From Lingula anatina (taxonomy: Eukaryota; Animalia; Brachiopoda): a DNA stretch of 64,000 nucleotides. The translations under genes and the position numbers were made by a program. The notes beneath the pieces were generated by a model, which worked only from the letters and a program-made list of their open reading frames with translations, had not been told where the DNA came from and made no database searches. Where the stretch lies: assembly GCA_051362555.1 (NCBI GenBank), contig CM120647.1:6572001-6636000 (forward strand). Reading direction: 5' to 3'. Of this stretch, positions 53,635 to 64,000 are shown one piece after another (within the stretch, counting starts at the first letter, position 1; the number at the start of each line of letters is the position of its first letter).

Positions 53635-54326
53635 AGTTTCAGACACAACTCGGAACACTATTTTATTTTTCAGCTTGTTTGTTCCATTACTGGAAACGGC
53701 AATGGCATGTTTATAATGGATGTCATTAGAGTTTTCAAAAAAAATTTGAAACTCGGGGTGATAGGCCAAACAACAGAGACATACTGATAGTAGAGAAGTG
53801 AGTTACCGAAGTTATCGCGATTTCAGGGTACTTCCGCGGGCAACCCAAGGCTCTATTCTGTACAAGATACACAAAACACAATGGCACAAAATAATGTGCA
53901 CGTAAAGACGGTAATAGACATACAAAGCGCAGCAGATATTTATTTGCCTGTAAAACAAAAAGTGAAATTTCCATGAAAAAGCAACACTTTGTCCTCTCAT
54001 CACCAATGAGCCCGTATATAACCCTGTCCACAAAATCACTGTATACGTACCCTTTTTTGTGTCTTACGTTTCCAATTTTTAATACCTCGTAAAACAAATG
54101 TGGGAATTCGTAGATTTCTCTAGTAACGTTGGTAGTAGGCATCTAGAACTCAAAAACAAGCTATCATCTCTCCAGTTCTGGAAATAGAATGTACCTTGGT
54201 GAGACAAAACGTTGACATTTCCGGAAAGGTTTATTTTTGTCTGTCCATATAAAGGTAGCCCTAACTTGCTTTGTTCAAGATAATTCACAAGTGCAGGAGA
54301 GGCCATGCGGTAATTCCAATTCCATA

Positions 54327-54541
54327 GGCTCTATTCCCATAGATTTTAGATCGATCTATCCCCGCGGGGAGTCTCGCTAGATTACTTTCAGATAATCCGA
54401 CTTAAATGTCCGTCCCGCCTACTACAAGCAGTAAGGGGGTAATTAACTTTCGTGTCCGCCCGGCTGACAGCTATTTAGCGTGAACCCCCAGCGAGTTAGG
54501 TCGATCTAAAGTAGGTCGATCTAATCTATGGAAATGGGGTG
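54327..54541. mobile_element. Harbinger-like MITE family C copy
   Basis: Nearly identical to 37457-37670. Confidence 0.85.
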
Positions 54542-57500
54542 ATAGAAACCATTACAGAGCAGTCGGTAACAGCTGCATGTTAATAAGACCGACAGCGGGT
54601 GAACTAAGAACAAGCTAGGTAGAATGCGACCAGGAAAGTTCGTTAAACTCTCTTGACATTTGATACGCGTTTGTTCCAGTTTGACCACTAAGTGAAATTG
54701 ACAAAAATCGATATTGGAATTAAGGACTATGCCTTGAAGCTAATGGATGGTCTAAAGCAATATGGGAAGCTTACTTTGCCTATTCTTTTTTTGTCAAAGT
54801 ATTATCTAGTTCTAATTTTGTTTGGCCAGTTTAAATTATCCTAATGTATTCGAGCTGCACCTTCCATTTTGTGCTTGGGGACCATTGGACATATTTTTTT
54901 GATGTAACTAAGACATACTTTTCTGCTCTCAATGGGTTATACTGCTTCAGAAATTAAAAAAAGTATCCTGTCCGGAATGTTTTCGACAGTCATATTTTTG
55001 CCTTGGGAAAAAGACCCTTTTCCTACTCGCAAATCAGTGAGAGACCCGTCAATCTACATGGGTTGGATGTTTGATGCCATTTTAAATTAATAATACCTTT
55101 TTCCTAAAAATGTCCTTCGGAATTTTAGACGCAATTTCGTTCTCTACACTTCAGAAGGAAATATCGACATAAGGTTCCTTTATTTGAGATGTTTTGTTGT
55201 ATATCAGCTCAGAATAGGGAAAGATAAGTAGCAATTTTTTCAGGATAAGTAGACATGAAAAAGATGACTCAATGATATTTTCAGAATTTTTAGACGCGGA
55301 AGGTACACCTTTAAGAGACACACTATGACATAAATGGTGCGATCGAAGTGGAGATAAGAAATTCCTTTGAGCAGAGGCGTTCCATTAGACGTAGTCGTCC
55401 AGTTTCCAGCCACCGTGCGTGTTCCTTCAGTGTTCTTCAAGATCGAAATGTCACGGGTTGCAATGGTAACAAGTCCAAACAACATGACTAATTATATTAG
55501 ACTTAGCTAGATAAGATGAAATTATGGATAGTAACAGGCGTACCAGGACACGGGTAATGTCTGCAGGATTTGACTTCCTTTCCTACAAGGGTTTTTATTT
55601 GGAGAATATTTGTGTATTGGCTGCGTGATATATTTTTATCAGTGGTCAAACAAATACGATATCATAAGATTTATATGGTATCATTTGAAGACGTTTTAGT
55701 TAAGAACTTCTTGACAGAGTAATTTAAGCCAGTAAATTATAGATTATACATATAGATGTATTCTTCATTGACAGTAGCTATTGGCTTAATTTTAGTCTTT
55801 GACATCAAACTGGATCTAGAATTGAGACGCCTTGCTTATATAATGTTCACCTGTGTGAATGTGTAGATATACAGAAACAATCTAAATGTTAACCTCTTTC
55901 TCAGGTAACTTCATGCTCAGTTTGGGTTCCTTCTTGCTAATGCGTAAAAGTGATGTACAAATGTTAAAAAGCCAATTTTGCACAAACCAATTTTGTCTGT
56001 GGGGTTTTACCTTGAAATAATGATCCATTCTTAAAATTACATTTCATCTTACCAATAAAAAAGACATGTGCTTGTTGTTTGTTAGCACGTTCAAAACTCT
56101 CTTCATGGGGAACAGTTTCTTTAAAAAGGCCATCATGTGCAAGCAATTGCAACAAATATAATACAAAGGGGTGGTGAGATGCATTTTGGGAGAGGGTGCA
56201 GTTGCCTACGGGTATTCTTGAAAATACTTATTGGATCATTATAATGTGTTTGTTCTTTCCATTTCCTCAGTCCATCTGATGTCTCTTTTTTAAGTCAGTG
56301 TCTGGTTGAATATACGTGTACTGGAGGCCTTATCGAGCATTTTGCTCCTGCCAAACTGTCTTGTTTTACTTGTAGTACCAGTACATTATTTTGTGCACTT
56401 TTATTTTGGTGCTTTGTTGTGGAAAAAACTTTCTTGTTTTTATTACTCGGTAATGGGATATATTTTTTCATGTTTCAAAACAATGTCATTGTGTGAAGAA
56501 CAACTGGAATGTGGCAAACAAAACAGGCCAAAAAAGAATACTGCTACAGCAAAGTCCTTGTTGCATCCAATATAATAAACCGAAGGCTCCATTACACCAT
56601 AACCTGATTGTCCCCATGTCAATTATGTATTTGTAGTCTATCCAATAGCTTGTATTTGCTGATTTACCAGTATACACCGTCACATAACTTGTTTCATTAG
56701 TACAATTTCGGGCGAGTAGACGGAGATGTGGGGTGGGGGTGGGTCTGGGGTCTTGGGTGTGAAAGAAAAAGGTGGGTTCTACATGGGTTTAATGTTTGGT
56801 GCCATTTTAAATTAATTATACTTTTTCCTAAAAATTGCCTTCGACATTTTAGATGCCATTTCGTCCTCTACCCTTAAGAAGGAAATACCGACATCAGGTT
56901 CCTTTTTTTGAGATGTTTTGTTGTATATCAGCTCAGAATAGGGAAAGCAACGCTCTGAAGCAACGCTTGACATCGACTTTATGCCATTTTTCAAGTTAGG
57001 GAGGGATGTAAAGAGAACCAGTTGTTCAGAATCAGTCCCACCCTTTGTTATACTTGCTACAGACTAGGTCATTGAATAAATAAATAAACAGATAAATAAA
57101 TAGTTAAAGCGTTTTCTTCGGATGGTAAGATCCCCCAGTGCGTTCTTGCAGAAAGCAAACCTAACTGATGAAGCTGATAATTATAGCGTTGGGAATTTTG
57201 CGAAACGAAGGCCGAAACCACTTACAACACGATGCCAAACGTGCACTTTTCATTTCGCCTTTATTACCGAAGTGGGATTAAACAAATCGCTGTTAAAAGG
57301 TAACATATCATTCCCCTTATAGCACATAGTGCGAATCAACACAAAAAGCGACGAGGACATTATTCTCATTGCTAAGACAGGCGCTGATGGAGTGTAAATA
57401 CGACAGTAATTCTAAGTAGTTGTTAGGTCCCGCAGGGGAAACCGATATTGATGAGCAGGCGTTAAGATAATGACACGGCTAGCGCTTCTCGGCTCATCTA

Positions 57501-58826
57501 ATTGGTGATGTTAAGAATACCTAGCATGGGTTGTCTAAGAACTGTTTTTGGTTAGGTCGTAATTGACAGCGCAATATATTAGCATGTTGTAACAGCCAGA
57601 ACGCTCGAAGAATCAGGTCATTTTCTTTTTCGTATATTCGAATTATGACAGCCTGTTATGATTTTTTTCACTGGTTTTCTTTGGGCATGAAAACCTCTTG
57701 CCGCAGAAGCACGTGCTGGGATACGTTTAGTGCTATTTTTATGCCCTATATAATTGGCAGTTGTTCAAGATATGGGACCTATTTTACAAACCGATTTTTA
57801 TCTCATCTAGGTCCAAATGATAGTCCGAAATATTGAGTCTGGTTTGACCCGGAATAAGCCTGTGTGTCCTACAAGGCAATGTCCTGTTTCCTTTGGTGAA
57901 AGGCATCCATTATGTTCAATTATGTTAACTTGAACTGAACAGGTCAAATTTTCTCTTCTTGATTTTAAGACCTGGTCTCTACTCAAGTTTTAGTTTCGTG
58001 AAATCGGTCCGTAGTGTACGTTCCAATCCATTCCAAACAACGCGTATCATTTCCAATAAATGATACCATCAACTCTATCATTTGATGTACTTTTATCAAA
58101 ATTATTCCCCAATAACGCAAAGCGCGTTCGTTTGACGAGATTGAAGCCGACAGTGTAAAATGAACCTCGCGTCATCCCACCTGCAAATGCGTCAAGGTTC
58201 AATTTAGCGAAACGATAACTTCGGTAACCTTCCAGCCGCCTCTAGCCGGCGTAAATACACGCAACATTATGGAAAACATCCCCCGACACGGTTCAGGAGG
58301 GGAAGGATAAGGTCGTTGATTATTGGGCTGTTACGGATCACTCTGTCTCGATCGTCTAGGTGCTTACTTGATGCTAATTGGTTAAGTCAGACATGTACAC
58401 AAAAAAGTGCAGAAAACCCTTCTGCGCCATAACGAGGGTTTATCCATTTTTCAGCCTCGTTCACAGCCTCGTTCACAAGATTAAGATTAGGAAACTGATA
58501 ATAATTTGATGATGATGATGAATATGATGATGCTGGCAATAATAATAATAATAATAATAATAATAATTATAATTATTATTATTAGTATTATTATTATTTA
58601 CTCTGAAATCCACTTTGCTCAGTTGACTTTTCAATGCAATGTGAATAAAGAATAAAAAGGCTAGTAAAAGAAGAGGAGTAACTGATTAAATTTAAAAAAA
58701 GAGGGAATATTTTCCTACATATTGGCCCACTTGACTGTGTCTCGGGTAAAGAAGCGCCTCTCGAAATCGGTTTCTAGAAAAACCGACGTAGACCCAAAAA
58801 TAGATATGACACTGCAGCGCGTCTAA

Positions 58827-59016
58827 GGTTGCATTCACAACAGTGAACTAACAGATCCTCGGATCAAATATGGCTGACCCACTTGAATGCGTGTTGCATA
58901 ATCCCCCAGGGAATCTGTTCAGTGTCTATTATAATGAAGGGTTTACGCGGCAAGCTTTTAACTATGTCGACTTATTTGACTCGGGGATCTGTGAGTCCTC
59001 TGTAGTGAATGTAGCC
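58827..59016. mobile_element. Harbinger-like MITE family D copy
   Basis: taa|ggttgcattcac ... gtgaatgtagcc|taa. Confidence 0.75.
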
Positions 59017-59019
59017 TAA

Positions 59020-59268
59020 GAATGGGTTCCCATACTTAGATCGATCCATCTGGATCTACCTAACTGCCTGGGGTTTCACGCTAAATTGCTATGACCTGAA
59101 GAGGCTTAAATGTCTGTCACTCCTGCCGAATCAGCTAGGGGTAAAGATATTATTATCCCCTAATAACTTTACTAGGCGTGACAGACATTTATACCGGTCA
59201 GTTTCATAGCAATTTATTGAGACTCTCCAGGGAGAAAGATCGATCCAAATATCTGTGGGTATGGTCCC
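59020..59268. mobile_element. Diverged MITE family C relative directly abutting the family D copy
   Basis: ttcccatacttagatcgatcc ... ttcacgctaaattgc ... agatcgatccaaatatctgtggg; TAA on both sides, the left one shared with the previous element. Confidence 0.6.
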
Positions 59269-60397
59269 TAAGCTGTAATTCTAGTACCCAGAATAACCAT
59301 TCATCACTCACGGCGGCGGCACCACGAGCCATCTCCATTTATAAAATAAGACGTCAGTCGCACAAAACGACAATTACAGCAGATCAAAAATAATCAAAAC
59401 CGTTTAGGAAATCATATTAAAGCTAATCTTTTTTCCCGATTAAGGTTTCCAAATATCGATCAGCTTTTCTACGGCAGCCAGATCCATGTTAAGCTCGCAC
59501 TGCGAAGGTGAAAGGGTGTTTTGGTGGCTTATTTATTCCAAAAGCCGTCTAAAATTGGCGTTAGCCAGCGATAAACTGATAGGTCAAGCGCGTCCTGAGA
59601 TTTCATTTGAGTTTATCCCGGAAGATGGCATCTTATCACGATAGTTATTAAGCATGCAATATGTCCCTTCATCACTTTGAACAACCATAATCATAAATAG
59701 GCGCTTTTTTACTGTAGATCAAACGCCTTTATCACACTTCCCCTCAAATTGAAAAAAAAAAAAATATTATTCCTAACCTTAATCGGGGTAAATTCGCTCT
59801 AAAATATGCAGCCAAGGTGAACGGTGCTTCAAGGGTTCAGCTCGACCTCAGGGGAAATCTATTCTTATCTTGTCAAATCAGGACAAGATTACAGAGATCA
59901 GATTCAAAATTAGAATCCTGAAATCTGAATTAGTTTGGGACACGCAGTGAGAACTTCTAGTAGTCGTGACGTCATGGTGGTATTATTCAGCTTAGGATTA
60001 ACGTTGAAATAGTCAGATTTTCTCAAGGGATTGCGTCATTCAAACTTAATGTATTAAAACTGTACTCGGCAAACTAGACGGGGACCTATGGGCATAGCAT
60101 TGACATCATGACACACGACTTTAAGTTCTAACCTTAAACTTTGATGAATGTATTCTTTAATTTTAAGGGAGGGGGAGCTCATTATCAGCGCTGTTGACAT
60201 TACGTGGGTTATGGTTATTATCCTGGATGAGTTTCAGATTTTTTATTATAAAAAATTTGGTTTTTGTCGTAGATTATTTGATCTGTTGTATACTGTATAG
60301 AATTCAGCCAGGTCGAGAGCAGTAGAGGAAATTTGTATTACGTACGCTTAATTTTGCATCGTTTCTGATCTCTCTCTCGTTCGAACGAAGAATATAG

Positions 60398-60468
<71 letters not shown>

Positions 60469-62581
60469 ATAAACCAGACCCGATCCTCCTACAGATGTTT
60501 GACATTACAGGAACACAATCTGACACTTTTATGGGCAACACGTTATTTGATTTGAGGGTTAAGTACCCGGCAGCTGTTAGCGCTAGTAATAGATACACTC
60601 GCTGTAGATGTTTACATGTTTGGCGTGTTTGTTGTGTCTTGAAGAAGTGAGCACCTGTCTTAGCCTCTTCTGGAAAATGTACTTTTTTTCTTTGTCCCTT
60701 TTTCATGTTCTTTTACAGATATGTTTTTTTATAATGACATGTGTAATGTTACCTTATGTGGCTGGTGTGGATCCGAAGATGAATATCAAAATAGACATAT
60801 TTGTCATATTTATTTATCTCGGGCCGGTTGAGGATTGCATTATTTGTAAGTGCTGTAATGAAAGTTTTGCATGCTATCGCAGCGAAAGCGGTCTTTATTA
60901 GTGTCAGCTTACAGAAAACTGAATATTTTAGCCAGCAGGTTGATGAATGATTGAAATGATGAAAAATTATTGAAAAAACCGAGGAGAGAAGATTGACGTT
61001 TTTGCTGTGGGTTCCAGTTTCCCCGCTCTCTCTCCCCCCTATGCGAATTGTCCCAAATAATGTTCACGTTGTAGTTTTTGTACTTACAAAGAGCGCAAGG
61101 TGAAATTTCTTGTGTTTGAGTTTTACAGTACTTTAGACGCGCTTGAGGTTAACCAGTGACGAAACCACGGCTATTTTTACCGTACATTTGCCAGACAGCA
61201 GTGCCTTCCCTCCCTCCTCGCCTGATTCGCCAGTTTAAATGTAAATTTTGTCTACTTGCACCTATTTAATGCTGTTCTATATATACCTTAACAAGTTTAT
61301 AGTTGATGGTTAAAGCCCTTAATAGATTAAGTATACATCTAGGTAACGTCTATCTTCCGTTGGTTAACTCGTTTCTTCGTAAATTGCACCCTACCCCCCC
61401 CCCCCCCCCATTATATGTCTAAGAGTTGCGTTATGCGGGCTTTGTTTATATGAAAATACATGTCGTTGTTTATGGAATCGGTGCTATTAATCAAGCTTGA
61501 TTTTTATCATACACCGATTGCATTCTAAGTCTTAACATTTCACCAATCAAAAACCCATTCGCCCCGGTTAATAGCAATACAAAGTGCATGCTTACTTACA
61601 GAGTATAATCAAATTTTATCCCAGAAGACTTCTGTTTTGTCTGGATGACACCGTGCCAATAAGCTGGCTTTTGGCAGTGGACGCCTCTGGGATATATATA
61701 TATATATATATAGCGGTTTATTCAACCTGGCGGCCTAAGTGGTCTGCCAGACAGTTGAATCCCCCCTCTCTCCCTCCAGGGAAACGGATCAGGGTATAGA
61801 TTTTGCTATTTTAAGCTTAAGGGTCGGGAATGGTTGTATCACCTGGAAGGCCGTTTTCACTGTAGAAATGGGTCAACTGAAGCGAGAATGTTAATGCTGT
61901 AATAATGCTACACAGTGGATATTTATTCTTTTCGCACTGGGTTTCAAAATTTAAGATGCCCAGCGACCGATCAAACGTTCGGTAGTCAGGTCAGATTTCC
62001 GATGTTGATGGCAGAATACATGTACGTGAATTGAAACTAGAGAATTTCAGAGATTTGACAAAGCAAATATATATATCGAAATGATAAAATAAAACAAAAT
62101 ATATTGAAATGTATTTAAAAAGTATGGAATGAAATTATATAAAATTATTATATAAGGGGACCCTGATTCACTTGAAAGTAATTGAAATTGTCATCACCTT
62201 TCCCTCGTAAATGAGTGCCCATCTGAAAATAAAAGAAAAGAAAGAGAAATCAATATTTGCAAAGGATCTTTGCAAATATCTTGTCCATGAAACAAACACC
62301 CAATGCCGATGACAATACCACAGTGCTAATGCGACAAAAAGGTTGACAAGATATCGGATCGTTGAGGTCTGTAAATTGACGCTATCTGACGCGAAAACGT
62401 TGAAACGTCAATACATATAGAATATTCTCTAACGCAACGCCTGCCCTTTTCACCAAAACATCATCTTAGAAACAAAATGTCAATATGCGCATTCGATGTC
62501 TTCATTTTCGCCTGATGTTCTATTCATGACTTCTTATTTCGTAAGAATGATCTGTGTGTTGTCCCGAGAGGATTCATCTTA

Positions 62582-62700
62582 GGCCGCATTCAGAACAAAT
62601 TGATCCGCGGACAAACAGTTCCCTTGATCAAATATGGCCGACTCACTTGAAAGCTTGGCGCATAATCCCCTAAAAGACACTGAACAGATTCCTGGCGGGG
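62582..62700. mobile_element. Partial MITE family D copy
   Basis: tta|ggccgcattcagaac ... gatcaaatatggccgactcacttgaa. Confidence 0.55.
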
Positions 62701-64000
62701 ATAACGTGGTGATATATCAAGTGGTGGGCCGTATTTTATCTGCGTTTCAACTTTGGTTGTGAATAGAGTCTTACTGTGGGAGATATGAGTTGAGAGTCGG
62801 AACTAAGTGACAATCGTCTATGCGTGATTAGCAGATATTGAATGCCAGCTATGTTTCTTTTTGGCAGCGTTGTGTTTTTCTTGAATTCGCTATGAATAAT
62901 TACACCGGGAACGAAAGAAAACAATGTTGCAGACGTGTCTCGAGTTTGAATACCATTTCACCTCGTTCCTGCAAACCCTGCCTCTGCCAATGTGTAATAC
63001 AGTGTATCATCAAAAAAGATCTATCAATTCATCGTAATTCATCTCTGCACCCTCATCTCTCTTTCTCTCTTTGCCGACTGATCCAGTATCCATGTGTAAA
63101 GGCCGTAGGTTTGAAATCTGAGTTGTGGAAGGGAATGCAGTGGCAGTATATACTCATGGATGTATGCGCGATTGTAGACAAGAAGTTCCAAGACGAGTCC
63201 TTAAAAAGTCCGAGCTTGTGACAATCGTAAAGCTATAACACTTCTGGAAGCTGTGCTTCCATCGAATAATTCCTTTTCGTAGAAAATTGTGCTTTAGCTT
63301 TACAACCTGATGGCAAAATGCTTCTTTGCATTGGACGTAAGTTCATTTAAAATGCTCTGAAAAAAAAAACACCAGATTGAACTACCGGTAATTTTGGTGG
63401 GAGTTAATCCACACCCTCTGTTCGACTAAAATTTCCCGAAAACTGAAACCACCACTTTTGAACATTTCTGGACTTAATTAGAGGCTATGTGAAGTCGTAT
63501 CTCAGTTATTTTCATAAATAAAGACGTTTGCCATTTCTATTGGGAATTTTGAGTAAAGATCCTAGGCTTATTATCATTGAGGGTTTTAATGGCCTGAAAC
63601 AGGCTCAGTGTTGACTGCAAAAAAGGAGACACTTACATGCAATAAGCACACACTATGAACAACCCAATTTAGTCATGCGACAGTCATATCTGTGACAAAT
63701 CGAGAGTGCTATCACTTCATTTGCTTATCGTCTTTCCCCTAAGGACTTACGAAGGCAATGCTCGGCTTATTGTCACGCAATTTTCCAACTGCTGAAATCT
63801 GAACATATAAAAAAAAACACAAAATGAACGTTAAGTCATAGACAAAAAAGGCTTCAAAAATTATATATAATGTCAACACTTTTTCTCATAATCGCTAAAA
63901 AATGTACAATGCAAAAGTGTTTTCTGAACTGCGATGCTTATATAGACGTTGGTGACCTCTGCATGTTGGTTTTGAATTAATATATAGTAATAGAGATAGA

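Overview
AT-rich animal genomic DNA, most likely a marine invertebrate (species not identifiable), with spliced genes, microsatellites and many non-autonomous DNA transposons. Three protein-coding loci were reconstructed by hand from splice signals and reading phase. (1) Minus strand, 9193 to off the left edge: a CILP-like protein (TSP1 repeat plus CILP Cys-rich/beta-sandwich segment) that appears to start with a ~190-aa Tyr/Pro-rich tail and one transmembrane helix (type II) instead of a signal peptide. (2) Plus strand, 13026-15459: a complete 4-exon, 181-aa single-domain TIMP (NTR fold), divergent from gene 1, with a LINE fragment in intron 1. (3) Plus strand, 21462-21744: the first coding exon of a TASK-subfamily K2P channel (KCNK3/9-like); no second exon was found, so the remaining ~42 kb is probably its first intron. 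That intron holds a 5.46-kb Academ-like element with ~1.1-kb TIRs and several MITE families. Most interesting: the membrane-anchored, signalling-tailed CILP; a GCAGACG/CGTCTGC hairpin array and overlapping uORFs in the channel leader; a STAT/NF-kB motif cluster upstream of it; and 14/23-nt asymmetric spacers at the tips of the large transposon. No rRNA, tRNA or CRISPR array was seen.
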